Virus record (IMG/VR): IMGVR_UViG_3300010970_000150 | Span: 1-64,000 of that record | DNA: 64,000 bases | Direction: 5' to 3' (one strand) | DNA from: a virus | Made by a program: the position numbers and the translations under genes | The notes under the pieces: generated by a model | The model's database searches: none | What the model saw: the letters and a program-made list of their open reading frames with translations, nothing else | Told to the model about the DNA's origin: nothing | Part shown: in pieces, positions 21,277 to 30,479 of the stretch | Layout: each line of letters begins with the position of its first letter | How positions within the stretch are numbered: position 1 is the first letter of the stretch

Positions 21277-23292
21277 ATGGCAAACATTGATAATATCGAC
21301 AGAGAGGCTCTAAGAGAAGCCTTTACTCGTTATGCTCATAACGAGATTGACACTGCCACAAAAAGATACCGAAGGGCTGGTGAGGCTATGAATCTTAGTG
21401 GAAGGTATTCGGCTGGAAACAATGTTTTGACATTAGACCCTCTTGTAAAATACAGATTTGCAGGAAGAGAAGCAATTGACGACTTGGAATTTAGTGAAGC
21501 AGTAAATGCTAATCCTGACAGGACTTGGTCTGACAGCAGATATCATACCCCATTCTTTACCCAAGGAGTTCCTTATTGGGGTATTGGTGATATGGTTATG
21601 AAAGGCACAGGAACCAACATTGGAAACGAACCTTCAAACCCATTTCTTATTGCGACATATGGAGACAACTGGATTTCATCTGCAAATGGAGAAAATTTAG
21701 ATTTAGGTGACAAAGATATTGATAGAGAAGCCATTAAATATCTTGCAGAACAGCGAGGTCTTAACGCAGACAAAATAAAAACAATTCAAGGTTTTTCGGA
21801 TGAATCAAACCAGATTACATCTAAAATTAGAAAAATACTTCAGGGTATTGAAGCAAGAGACATTGCACATAGAAAAGAAATTCCTAACTCAAAAATAACA
21901 GCAGAAGATTATTTAGAAAGGTCTGTATCAATTCCAGAAGTAGATGATTTGCTTAAACAGCATAAAGCACTTACAAAAAGAATTCATAAATTTGGCCCTG
22001 AAATTTCAACACATATTTTAGGCGATTCTTCAAAAGGAATTCTTCCTTGGAGAGAGCAGTTTGCAAAAACAAGTTCAAATCCTAACACTCAAGCAATAGC
22101 AACCTATCTTGAATCAACAAAGGCAATAGAAGAACTTTTCCCACCTAATATTCACGATTTTAAAAGACCTTGGAATGAAAGAACTAGTTGGGGTAAAGGG
22201 TTTCTTGCAAGATATCCAGAAATGGCATTATCTCCTGTTTGGGGTGATTATTCTCCAGACCTGCAAAGACTTCATAAACTTGATAGGTCAGTTAGTGCAA
22301 ATGCAGTAGGACTTTCAAATGTGCTTGATACAACAAATTTAACTCCAGATGAATTTGGCCTTGTTCAAAACCAAGACGGAAGTTTTAGTGTTAATCCAAC
22401 AATAAAAACAGGACTTAAAAACAAAGAGCCATTTTACCTTGATGTTTCAAGCGATGAAGATTTGTTCAAGAAAATTAAAGAAGGAAGAGCAACTACAGCA
22501 GAGGTGTCCAGAGCGTTTGGATTAGGTGCTTTAAAAAACACTGGATACAGAACATCGATTGGAGACGAAAGATTAGATTATATGGCTTTTCCCAATGACA
22601 ACATTGAAACAATGCCTAGTGTTGTTATTCCAAAAATAACAAAAGGAGAGCCTTTTAAAGTTCCTGCAAGTTCTGTTCAATTGGCTAATAGACCTTTTGC
22701 CGTATGGGAATGGAGTAAGGGAAAATTTAATCTAATAAATGAAGGAAACAATAATCCAATTGGAGGAAGTAAACCAATCCCAACTGAAAGCATTGCTAAA
22801 AATGGGCCATATCCAGATATGACCAACCAAAGAGTTGAAGATTTATTTAAACGAAACAGCAGAAGAGGCTTTGCGGCTGTTCCAAAAGGTCTTGAACGAT
22901 TTGTCGGTAATGTTGTTATGGACGCACAGGTAAATTTCAACAATTCTAAATCGTTTAGCAATCAGTATGTAAATGAACCAGCATTTAGAAATGCAATTAA
23001 CGGACACATTGTTGACAAAGCAGGTTCTATTGGCAAGGTTGTTGGAGCGGCGGCACTAACCGCACACGCTCTGAAGGAAGGCCCAGTTGACGCACTGGTT
23101 ACGGCAACGCTTGGCCCTATTGGAAGAGTTGCTCCTGAATCTCAATACGGCTCTTCTGCATACAGGGAAATGGTAGCCGCTCAACAGGCTGAAGACGCTC
23201 GCAGGGCCGCTATTACCGCTCAACAAATTAAATTCTATGAAGACAATACTGATTCTATCAACGCTACTCGTAGGCTGTTCCTCGGTCAGTGA
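21277..23292 (+). CDS. Hypothetical protein (671 aa) inserted in lysis cassette
   Basis: Long A-rich ORF; absent from the equivalent position in the second module. Confidence 0.75.
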   Translation: MANIDNIDREALREAFTRYAHNEIDTATKRYRRAGEAMNLSGRYSAGNNVLTLDPLVKYRFAGREAIDDLEFSEAVNANPDRTWSDSRYHTPFFTQGVPYWGIGDMVMKGTGTNIGNEPSNPFLIATYGDNWISSANGENLDLGDKDIDREAIKYLAEQRGLNADKIKTIQGFSDESNQITSKIRKILQGIEARDIAHRKEIPNSKITAEDYLERSVSIPEVDDLLKQHKALTKRIHKFGPEISTHILGDSSKGILPWREQFAKTSSNPNTQAIATYLESTKAIEELFPPNIHDFKRPWNERTSWGKGFLARYPEMALSPVWGDYSPDLQRLHKLDRSVSANAVGLSNVLDTTNLTPDEFGLVQNQDGSFSVNPTIKTGLKNKEPFYLDVSSDEDLFKKIKEGRATTAEVSRAFGLGALKNTGYRTSIGDERLDYMAFPNDNIETMPSVVIPKITKGEPFKVPASSVQLANRPFAVWEWSKGKFNLINEGNNNPIGGSKPIPTESIAKNGPYPDMTNQRVEDLFKRNSRRGFAAVPKGLERFVGNVVMDAQVNFNNSKSFSNQYVNEPAFRNAINGHIVDKAGSIGKVVGAAALTAHALKEGPVDALVTATLGPIGRVAPESQYGSSAYREMVAAQQAEDARRAAITAQQIKFYEDNTDSINATRRLFLGQ

Positions 23293-23818
23293 GCCTCCTG
23301 TAATCATTTCTAACAATGGTCAAAAAGATGCGTACATCGACAAGGTCGAGGCAGTCGTCTCTGAGTCGGCTTCTGCTCTCACTGCTGTCGCTCCTACCCT
23401 CCCTGCTGGTATCCCTAGAGAAATTGTCGAAGGGCAAGTCACGAGACTGAGCGGTATTGCCAAGCCTTCTGTTGAAAAGGTAAAAGAGTTTGAGCGTGTC
23501 ATTCGTGAGAAAGACCAAAAGGCCGTTGAGGCAGACAAGGCTAAGGCGGCTAAGGTTGATTCCGAAACAGACAGGCTATGGGCAGTAGTAGAGGAACAAA
23601 ACCAGAAACTGAATGAAGCAGTCGCACTGCGAGAACAAGCAGAACTGAAAGTAAAACAAGAACGAAAGACAACAATGCTTTACCAAGCGTCTTCTGCGTT
23701 TTTATTCTTATGTGTAGTTGGAGTTCTGGTAGAAGCATTTACGCCATTTAAGAAGGCTGGGTTTATCTTGATTGGAATCTCCACGCTACTCGGTGGACTG
23801 CTTCTGTATCTCGCTTGA
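23237..23818 (+). CDS. Lipoprotein with coiled coil and C-terminal TM helices (spanin-like)
   Basis: Lipobox LLVG/C at N-terminus, charged helical middle, two C-terminal hydrophobic segments; homolog begins at 63811. Confidence 0.6.
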   Translation: MKTILILSTLLVGCSSVSEPPVIISNNGQKDAYIDKVEAVVSESASALTAVAPTLPAGIPREIVEGQVTRLSGIAKPSVEKVKEFERVIREKDQKAVEADKAKAAKVDSETDRLWAVVEEQNQKLNEAVALREQAELKVKQERKTTMLYQASSAFLFLCVVGVLVEAFTPFKKAGFILIGISTLLGGLLLYLA

Positions 23819-23821
23819 CAA

Positions 23822-23936
23822 ATCAGCCCCGCTTGGCATCTTCCACACGCTTACAAAGGTTGGGGGCGTGGTAGCGTTGTGCCATTTGGGGCTGATGTAA
23901 GAACTGGTAATGCGTCCTACGCCTACATAGGATGCA
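23822..23936. terminator. Long hairpin plus short hairpin between convergent operons
   Basis: ATCAGCCCC..GGGGCTGAT enclosing TGGCA/TGCCA and CACGC/GCGTG; then GCGTCCTA..TAGGATGC. Confidence 0.5.
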
Positions 23937-23943
23937 GTAGCCG

Positions 23944-24261
23944 TTAGTCCCAATCGAAGTCTGGTTCTGGTAGATAGTCCTCGTCAGTCAGTTTGTCATC
24001 CTGAAGGATAGGCTTAGGGTCTGGCATAGACTTGATGGATTTCTCCATATTGAACACTACCATAGACTCTGCTTGGTCATAGGTCAGGCCATCTTTCTCC
24101 ATAAAAACCTTGATGACTAGTTCGTAGTCATAGATGATTCCTCCAGTCATAACGCACTTACCAAGTATTGCACCATCGAGCCACTCACGAGGCTCTAGGA
24201 AGGTGCAACCCTTGTAGCGTTCAGAATTTTCTTTAAGGTCAGCCTTTGAAACTTTTCTCAT
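23944..24261 (-). CDS. Hypothetical protein (105 aa)
   Basis: In minus-strand operon; GAILG..IIYDYE..DGLTYDQA pattern. Confidence 0.65.
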   Translation of the reverse strand: MRKVSKADLKENSERYKGCTFLEPREWLDGAILGKCVMTGGIIYDYELVIKVFMEKDGLTYDQAESMVVFNMEKSIKSMPDPKPILQDDKLTDEDYLPEPDFDWD

Positions 24262-24520
24262 AGGATTTCTTTTTGAACTTGTAGCAGGGAACCTTACGAA
24301 CGGCTACCACGCTTACCCTTCTTCTTGCCCAGATTACTTCTAGTTTTTCGTCTGTTAGATACTCGGTTAGTTTTCTTTGGCAGACTCTGTGGTTCATTCC
24401 GAACTTTTTCGCAATGTCTCTGGATGTATAATACTGGGATGGAATAGATTCCTCCGACACTCGCTTGTACCTTGTGTGGTCGCTCGCCAGTGCGTTCAAG
24501 AATTGAATCGTGTTCTTCAT
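24239..24520 (-). CDS. Putative winged-HTH DNA-binding protein
   Basis: Start re-called at MKNTIQ (ATGA overlap); YTSRDIAKKFGMNHRVCQRKL HTH-like segment. Confidence 0.55.
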   Translation of the reverse strand: MKNTIQFLNALASDHTRYKRVSEESIPSQYYTSRDIAKKFGMNHRVCQRKLTEYLTDEKLEVIWARRRVSVVAVRKVPCYKFKKKSYEKSFKG

Positions 24521-25272
24521 TCTTGGTGGTGGCTGAAGATGAACTTTTCTCCGACTCGGTGTGCTTGCCAAACCTTCCAGTTTTTATTGTGTACAAATCC
24601 GTACATCCATCCAGTACCCCACTTAGAAGTTGCCAATCGATTTTTTGCATAACGCATTTCACGCTTCTTACAGAGACACCCTCCTGAAAAACCAACAGTA
24701 CCTCTGTATCGCTTTGCATTAGTCTGCTGAATGGAATGGATGTGTCCCATAAGCACTGCCCCTTCCTCAAGTCCGTAGTGGATTGCGTGTTCTTCAACTG
24801 CTCTGATTCCACAAGTGTAGCCGTGTACTGTTCGGACAAGACCCAAGGTGTGAACCCCCTCTTCAGCGTGATAGGGGTAGATTTTTTTACACCCAACCTT
24901 CTTAAGATTGGAGACAATTTCGTCATCAAGGTCTTGGCAAAAGTCCTTAACGATTCCATTAGTCGATGAGTGAATGAAGTGGCTGATTCGGTCTTCGTGG
25001 TTTCCATAGTGAAAAACTGTGGGTTTTAGTTCATTGATAAATTGCAAGCCAGCCTCGACATCATCGTGCAAGGATTCGGCTTCCTCCTTGCCGCTGGCTC
25101 CAGACCTGAGACTACGAAAATCGAAGCAGTCTCCCAAATGGATGACCTCGTCAGGCTGGTAGTCCTGAATGAAATCAAACAGTTGTTTTGCGGCTTCGGT
25201 ATCTACCATATCTCCGTGGTTATCACCAACGGCAACGAACTTTATTTTTTTGCTTTTGTTTTTTTGGGACAT
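24517..25272 (-). CDS. Calcineurin-like metallophosphoesterase
   Basis: GDNHGD, HLGDCFD, GNHE, VHG and GHIH motifs. Confidence 0.9.
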   Translation of the reverse strand: MSQKNKSKKIKFVAVGDNHGDMVDTEAAKQLFDFIQDYQPDEVIHLGDCFDFRSLRSGASGKEEAESLHDDVEAGLQFINELKPTVFHYGNHEDRISHFIHSSTNGIVKDFCQDLDDEIVSNLKKVGCKKIYPYHAEEGVHTLGLVRTVHGYTCGIRAVEEHAIHYGLEEGAVLMGHIHSIQQTNAKRYRGTVGFSGGCLCKKREMRYAKNRLATSKWGTGWMYGFVHNKNWKVWQAHRVGEKFIFSHHQE

Positions 25273-25403
25273 AAGGGTTGTTCAGGCTCCTGAGGTTTAG
25301 AGGTTTCGTATTGTAGCAACTTGTACCTTAGTTCAGCGACTTCGTTGGTAAGGTACAGCATTGCTTGAACCATCTCTTCATACTTTACTGTTTTCGGAGT
25401 CAT
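25242..25403 (-). CDS. Hypothetical protein (53 aa, not in ORF track)
   Basis: MTPKTVKYEEMVQAMLYLTNEVAELRYKLL..; fills a gap in the operon. Confidence 0.45.
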   Translation of the reverse strand: MTPKTVKYEEMVQAMLYLTNEVAELRYKLLQYETSKPQEPEQPLCPKKTKAKK

Positions 25404-25545
25404 CTGGGATTTCAAAATTGTGACCGCTGACAGTCTTGATTGGCTTTTCTTTGGTGGCTCGCTTTAGAGCATCAATCAGTTCTTCAACGCTGATTCCTAG
25501 CATAAATGCACAAGCCTTAAGACTATTTTGCTTCGTGTGATTCAT
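25378..25545 (-). CDS. Hypothetical protein (55 aa, not in ORF track)
   Basis: MNHTKQNSLKACAFMLGISVEELIDAL..; fills a gap in the operon. Confidence 0.45.
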   Translation of the reverse strand: MNHTKQNSLKACAFMLGISVEELIDALKRATKEKPIKTVSGHNFEIPDDSENSKV

Positions 25546-25708
25546 ATTTGTTCAGTGAGAAAAGATAAGCCCATCGAGCCTTGGCATCGTTAAAGTATCG
25601 CTTGGTTGCAATAAATTCTGATGTGGTTTGGTTCTTTAACCCAGCCACAAGATGACCGCCTTCGTGGGCTGGTCGCTTCCAAGTACGCTTGCGTTTCTTG
25701 GTGCTCAC
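25523..25708 (-). CDS. Basic hypothetical protein (61 aa)
   Basis: GTGA overlap with the upstream lysozyme gene. Confidence 0.45.
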   Translation of the reverse strand: MSTKKRKRTWKRPAHEGGHLVAGLKNQTTSEFIATKRYFNDAKARWAYLFSLNKYESHEAK

Positions 25709-26121
25709 AGGATGCCTCTGGCACGATTAAGTGCAGGGTAATCAAGGTTGGTATTTAGTTTACGCTTAAAGGCTCCAGTAACGCCCATACAATAGCACAT
25801 ATAGACACGCATAGGAGTAGGCTTGATGCCATTAGATTGAAGAGTCTTTACAATCCATTCGCAGTGCCATTGGGCTACCTGCCGTGCAATTGGATAATTG
25901 AATGCGTTAGACTTGTTGTAAGGCCAGTTGGCTAAGTTACGCTTACAAGCATCCTCCCAAGCGGAGCGGTGCAATTGATAGGCTCCAAGAGCCTGACCTT
26001 TATCTGAGACGGCAGTGCAGTGATTGCTAGACTCGATGACGGCTAATTTATTCAAAAAGTCGTCCGTAATTTCCATCGCCTGTGCTTTGAGACACAGGAG
26101 AAGTAGCGTTGCGTATTTCAT
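25705..26121 (-). CDS. Lysozyme-like / lytic transglycosylase with signal peptide (putative endolysin)
   Basis: MKYATLLLLCLKAQA signal; AVIES catalytic Glu and GAYQL motifs. Confidence 0.7.
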   Translation of the reverse strand: MKYATLLLLCLKAQAMEITDDFLNKLAVIESSNHCTAVSDKGQALGAYQLHRSAWEDACKRNLANWPYNKSNAFNYPIARQVAQWHCEWIVKTLQSNGIKPTPMRVYMCYCMGVTGAFKRKLNTNLDYPALNRARGIL

Positions 26122-26130
26122 TGGTGAAAA

Positions 26131-26202
26131 TGTCCCTGCTAGGAATCGAACCTAGATAATTCGCTTAGAAGGCGAATGTTCTATCCATTGAACTACAGGG
26201 AC
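26131..26202 (-). tRNA. tRNA-Arg(TCT)
   Basis: Reverse complement GTCCCTG..CAGGGAC acceptor stem; anticodon arm TTCGC-CTTCTAA-GCGAA; T-arm CTAGG-TTCGATT-CCTAG; no encoded CCA. Confidence 0.92.
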
Positions 26203-26210
26203 AAGGTCAG

Positions 26211-26933
26211 TTAGAAGGGAACTTCGTCTTGGGATTCAGATTCAGGTTCACCATTCTGCTTCAACGCCCAGAGAGCCTGTGCAGACTTCTTGAGCGACTG
26301 GTCTTTAGCACCGACCTTACCAGTCTTTTCCCACGGCTTAGGCTCCCACTTGTTGGCCCAATAGTCGAGGTCGCTATCAGGAAGGGCAGACAAGGCAGTA
26401 CCCTTGTTCTTGCCAAACGGAACAGCGAGTTCGAAATCGATTCCAACGCTACCAGTGTGGGGTGCGACAAATGTAGCGATAGGAGCCGACTTCTTTACAG
26501 CCACAGGAGCAGAGGCAGTCTTAACTACTCGGTCTGCTTCACAGTCATCATCAGTAGTAGCCAGACCCCCAATAGAAGCCAAGCAATAGCGTCTCAGGTA
26601 GGTCAGGATAGCACCAGCCTGTTGACCAGTAGCCTGTTCACCAACAGGAACAATGCAGGAGGATTCGATGCTCGTGCCATTCTTATGGGCGATGATGGTC
26701 TTGATGCCGATGCCATTGTCGTGGTACTCAGAGGTTGGCAGTTGAATCACAGTAAGGCCGTGCTTGTGGAACAGGGGCTTAAGGTAAGACAAATGAGCCG
26801 ACAGGCTGGCAAATTTCGACTTAAAATGCGGATTGAAGTCATCCGCAACAATGTCCTTCGTCTCAGAATGCACATTTCCTAGTGCGATGTACAACTCAGA
26901 CAGGTTAGGCTTAGGAATAGTATCGTCTTGCAT
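26211..26933 (-). CDS. erf: ERF-family single-strand annealing protein
   Basis: NPHFKSKFASL, GAILTYLRRYCL..DDD motifs; acidic DEVPF tail; start re-called at MQDDTI. Confidence 0.88.
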   Translation of the reverse strand: MQDDTIPKPNLSELYIALGNVHSETKDIVADDFNPHFKSKFASLSAHLSYLKPLFHKHGLTVIQLPTSEYHDNGIGIKTIIAHKNGTSIESSCIVPVGEQATGQQAGAILTYLRRYCLASIGGLATTDDDCEADRVVKTASAPVAVKKSAPIATFVAPHTGSVGIDFELAVPFGKNKGTALSALPDSDLDYWANKWEPKPWEKTGKVGAKDQSLKKSAQALWALKQNGEPESESQDEVPF

Positions 26934-26955
26934 ATCGATTCGTTTCCAGAGTTCG

Positions 26956-27171
26956 TTACTTCTTGCTAACCACTTCATCGTTAACCTTTCGGCTATTGGA
27001 TGCATTGATTCGAACAGCATTGCCTTGGTCGTTGATGAACGAATAGTACAGATAGTGCTTAACCTTTACAGGCTTCAGCAATCGTGCCATTCGACCATCT
27101 GGGAGTACGATGTACTTCCGTGCGTTATTGACCTCAATGATAGAGGTCGTTTCGTTATTTTGGGTTTCCAT
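26956..27171 (-). CDS. Hypothetical protein (71 aa)
   Basis: Start re-called at METQNNE; lies between DnaC-like and ERF genes. Confidence 0.55.
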   Translation of the reverse strand: METQNNETTSIIEVNNARKYIVLPDGRMARLLKPVKVKHYLYYSFINDQGNAVRINASNSRKVNDEVVSKK

Positions 27172-27187
27172 ATGTTTGGGTGGGAAA

Positions 27188-27874
27188 TTACTGAGCGGCT
27201 CCGTAGATTCGGAAGTAGTCCTTAAGTCTGCGAATGATTGCAGAGCCTGTCTCTCCGTTTGAGAATCTGTCGGATAGTCCGCTTCCGTTGTAGTTGGTTG
27301 TGATGATGGTTGAGCGTTTATTGGAAGTCCGCTCGTCAATGATTGCAAACAAATCGCTCTCCATACGCTGAGTCAAGCGTTCTTTACCTAAATCGTCAAT
27401 GACCAGCAGAGAGCAAGCCACGAGGCGTTCAATCACCTCTCCGTGGTTCTGGTTTGCGAAACCTTCCTCAATTTGCTGTTCCAGTTTCCGCATCGTCAGG
27501 AAATTGCTGTGCTTCGGGTAGAAGTGGAGCCAGCCCTTGTTGAACATAGCCCAAGCAGTGCGTGTCTTGCCAGTTCCAGTGACTCCGTGCAACAGGACGC
27601 TATGCTCAGGATGGTACTCCTTCAGTGCGGTCTGCATCTGCGGAGCCAACTTGCTTTCCACAGTGTCGAGAAAGCCAATCGGAGTGGAAGGATGGGTTGA
27701 TTTGAAGCACCAGTTGTGCTTGTCAAAAACATCCTTGTAGATGTACGGATACTCGTGATGCTCCTTGGTCGGGAAGCAGTTCAAGCACACGGACACGAAT
27801 GGTTTGAACTTCTGGCTGTTAGCGTCCCACACAGGGGTCGCATCAGACTTGCAGTGAATGCACTTAGAAGCCAT
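27188..27874 (-). CDS. DnaC/IstB-like AAA+ helicase loader
   Basis: N-terminal CxxC..CxxC; Walker A GVTGTGKT; Walker B LLVIDDLG; IITTN..RRL. Confidence 0.9.
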   Translation of the reverse strand: MASKCIHCKSDATPVWDANSQKFKPFVSVCLNCFPTKEHHEYPYIYKDVFDKHNWCFKSTHPSTPIGFLDTVESKLAPQMQTALKEYHPEHSVLLHGVTGTGKTRTAWAMFNKGWLHFYPKHSNFLTMRKLEQQIEEGFANQNHGEVIERLVACSLLVIDDLGKERLTQRMESDLFAIIDERTSNKRSTIITTNYNGSGLSDRFSNGETGSAIIRRLKDYFRIYGAAQ

Positions 27875-28493
27875 TGGCGTGGTCGTTATTGGTTAGCGTT
27901 TTGGTTTTGTTGGCGGTTACTACAAAAAGACCCTGCCAGCCGAAAGCAATGCTTTTGTTGATTGAAGCAATTGCGTTTATTTCGTTTGCCCAAGAACCAA
28001 GCATTGTCAACTGCTCCTGTTGCGTCATCGCTGACAAGGGCTTCTTGATTTGCTTTCGATAATCAATCCATTTGTCCCAAGCCGTCTTGAATGCTTCTGC
28101 GTAAGGAAGGGTTAGGGTAGGTTTATCCTCTTTTTTATCTGCTGTTCTATCTGTAGGAAGTCTACTTCCCCCCCTGCGGGAAATAGGTTTCCCCCTCCCT
28201 AGGAAATCTGTAGCACCCACCAAGGCTTGCTTCTCCACTGTCCGTAGGATGCGTTTGCCGTTCACTTCGATGCGGACTACCAACTGGAAGTCGATAAGGG
28301 TTTTGAGGACATTCTTGACCTGTCTGTCGCTCAGTTGCAGGGTCTGTGCAAGGTAGCCGTTAGAGGCGTAACAGCCCTCTTCATTGTCGAGGGCGTTCAC
28401 GATTCCGTACACCACCTTCTCGGTGATGGTAAGGGTTTCCATCTGGAAGACCTCTACAGGAATCCAGACACCAGTGAATGATGGCTTGCTCAC
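27864..28493 (-). CDS. Replication initiator (HTH, lambda O-like)
   Basis: FTGVWIP, GCYASNGYLAQTL wHTH; W..W..YRK..KKP and GWQGLF C-terminal motif; adjacent to DnaC-like gene; internal repeats. Confidence 0.85.
   Translation of the reverse strand: MSKPSFTGVWIPVEVFQMETLTITEKVVYGIVNALDNEEGCYASNGYLAQTLQLSDRQVKNVLKTLIDFQLVVRIEVNGKRILRTVEKQALVGATDFLGRGKPISRRGGSRLPTDRTADKKEDKPTLTLPYAEAFKTAWDKWIDYRKQIKKPLSAMTQQEQLTMLGSWANEINAIASINKSIAFGWQGLFVVTANKTKTLTNNDHANGF
28154..28220. repeat. Iteron-like array inside the initiator gene (putative origin)
   Basis: TAGGAAGTCTACTTCCCCCCC / CGGGAAATAGGTTTCCCCCTC / TAGGAAATCTGTAGCACCCAC, 23-bp period. Confidence 0.65.
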
Positions 28494-29284
28494 AGGCTTC
28501 CGTAATTGATGTTCAGGTCACCAAGGACACCGCCCTGTGGGCCTTCCCAGAAGTCGCTCTGCTTGCTATCACCATAGTCGTGCAACTTCATCTTAACTGC
28601 GTTCATCCACTTGAACAGTTCTGTAGGCTCAATCTCCCAAAACGCACAGGTGCTAGGCTCAGAAGTTTCAACTGCAATAAATTCAAACCTGAACGGCCTA
28701 CGATATACTTCTTCAGCCAGTAGACAATAAAAGCCAGCCTGTACCCAGTACATTCTGTCCTTCACTGTGTACCTAAACTTTTCACCAGATACATCATCAC
28801 AACTTTTGATGTCCCTGATGATGCCGTTTTCAATGTCAATGATATCAAGACGAGCCTTGCAATCGTGACCGAACAACTTGCCAAGCAGGACAACCTCAGT
28901 GCGGACATCAGCCTGTGCCGCCATCCTCTGCCAGTCAGAATTCTGCTTGATGGCGTTGATAGCCCGAAGCACCACGGCCTCTGAATCGGCCTTCAGGATG
29001 GTCTTGCCAGCCGCACCCTCCTCAAAGGCTTGCTTGATGGCCTTACCCTCCTTGGTACGACCATCCACATCGGGATAGTAGGCGATGGTCTTGAGGTAAT
29101 CCTGAGGCTGGAGCATAGCCGTGTGGATGGCAGTGCCAATCCTCATAGCCTCGGTTGTCTCAACCTCCTTCTGGTTACGGAAGTGATAGGGTGAGCGGAA
29201 GAACGCCTTGAAGCGGGAAGCATTCAGGGCGGGAAGAGAGCGGTATTCGCTCTCCGACATAGTGCTGACTAGTGCGTTATTCAT
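28490..29284 (-). CDS. PD-(D/E)XK exonuclease, RecE/Exo VIII-like (DUF3799 type)
   Basis: SPYHF, GTAIH, KARLD, DIKS, Y.VQAGFY motifs. Confidence 0.85.
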   Translation of the reverse strand: MNNALVSTMSESEYRSLPALNASRFKAFFRSPYHFRNQKEVETTEAMRIGTAIHTAMLQPQDYLKTIAYYPDVDGRTKEGKAIKQAFEEGAAGKTILKADSEAVVLRAINAIKQNSDWQRMAAQADVRTEVVLLGKLFGHDCKARLDIIDIENGIIRDIKSCDDVSGEKFRYTVKDRMYWVQAGFYCLLAEEVYRRPFRFEFIAVETSEPSTCAFWEIEPTELFKWMNAVKMKLHDYGDSKQSDFWEGPQGGVLGDLNINYGSL

Positions 29285-29727
29285 TGGTTGTTTTGGTCGA
29301 AGTACATTTGCACAGATGGCTCCGTGCTCCAGTACTTCTCAATCTGTATGCTCCAGATTTGGGCATCGTCAAGCCAGTATCCGATTCTGGTAAATTCATC
29401 CAGAATGACCTTGACAACATTGTCCACATCTGGTTTGGTGGTTTTTACAAGTGTTTTACACTTGCTAATTTTTGGTAAAAGATACTTTGGGGGGCTATAG
29501 TACAGCCTGATGTAGACCCTAAGTGGCCCCTCGCAGGGCTTATCAGGCTTTCCAGCCACCATATACGGCCTAGCAAGGTCTACCCAAGCGGATACCTTGT
29601 TGTTTTTCATCTTGCCTACAAACATTTTGCCGCTCTTAGACCTAAGAACCCTCAAATTGGCCTGATGAGTGCTTTTGGGCGGCTCGATGGGCATAACTAA
29701 CCAACATTGACTTGTAGGCAAATTCAT
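29281..29727 (-). CDS. rusA: RusA-family Holliday junction resolvase
   Basis: KPDVDNVVKVILD..DDAQI. Confidence 0.9.
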   Translation of the reverse strand: MNLPTSQCWLVMPIEPPKSTHQANLRVLRSKSGKMFVGKMKNNKVSAWVDLARPYMVAGKPDKPCEGPLRVYIRLYYSPPKYLLPKISKCKTLVKTTKPDVDNVVKVILDEFTRIGYWLDDAQIWSIQIEKYWSTEPSVQMYFDQNNQ

Positions 29728-29743
29728 AATATCGTTGTTTTAT

Positions 29744-30199
29744 ATGGAATCTGAATCCAAATACGAAAGAGTCAAGAATGATAAAAAATCAACAACTCTT
29801 GAAAAACTTGACGCTAAAAAGAAGGAAGAAATTGTGTGGATGACCGAACAGGGCCATACACAGAAGGAAATTGAGGAAAAAGTTGAGGTTTCCAGTCACA
29901 CTGTGGTCGCTGTACGCCAAGATATGGGCAGTCAGGAGTCCTTAGACCTAAAGACTTACAAGGCCAAGACTTCTGACCTGTTCAAGTCCATCATTATGAA
30001 GGGTGCTCTCAGGCTTGATACTGAGATTGATAAACTGCCTATCAGCCAGATGCCTTTGGCCCTAGCAATTCTCATCGATAAGGTACAGACCCTTAATGAC
30101 CAGCCTGTCGTGGTCACTGAGCATCGCCTTAGAATCAAGCACGAAGATATTAATAAAATGATTTCGGGCGAGATTGTTGACCTTCCAGATTCAAAGTAA
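29744..30199 (+). CDS. Terminase small subunit (putative)
   Basis: N-terminal HTH (GHTQKEIEEKVEVSSHTV), helical AILIDKVQ region, C-terminal beta strand; ATG at 29744. Confidence 0.55.
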   Translation: MESESKYERVKNDKKSTTLEKLDAKKKEEIVWMTEQGHTQKEIEEKVEVSSHTVVAVRQDMGSQESLDLKTYKAKTSDLFKSIIMKGALRLDTEIDKLPISQMPLALAILIDKVQTLNDQPVVVTEHRLRIKHEDINKMISGEIVDLPDSK

Positions 30200-30310
30200 G
30201 GCAATTTTATCCCAAAACGATTTTGTCAAAAATCTTATAGGGTTAGGTCTTAACAGGGTAACAGAAGGAAGGTTTGGTGTCGGTTTGGCTCGTGCGTTGC
30301 AGATTTTTGA

Positions 30311-30344
30311 TTTCTCGACAGCGGTTATCGGGTATAATGGATGT
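30311..30344 (+). promoter_or_regulatory. Early promoter-like element, copy 1
   Basis: TTTCTCGACA-N6-ATCGG-G-TATAATG-G-ATGT; near-identical element at 35351. Confidence 0.6.
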
Positions 30345-30479
30345 AAGCAAGTAGTGTAGGTCGCACCGATTCGGGTTCGGGTTCCACGATGGGACTCACC
30401 GAAACATCTGCGTCACTCGTTAACCCAAATCAAAACGAGTGAGTGGAAGGTGCGTACTGAAACGAAAGCGATATACGAT

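Noticed and set aside
24294-25007. 237-aa alternative-frame ORF overlapping the phosphoesterase
   Set aside because: No motifs; fully overlaps two better-supported genes
26131-26202. Possible amber suppressor tRNA (CTA in the loop) and stop-codon recoding
   Set aside because: The 7-nt loop CTTCTAA centres on TCT (Arg); genes are long and uninterrupted in the standard code
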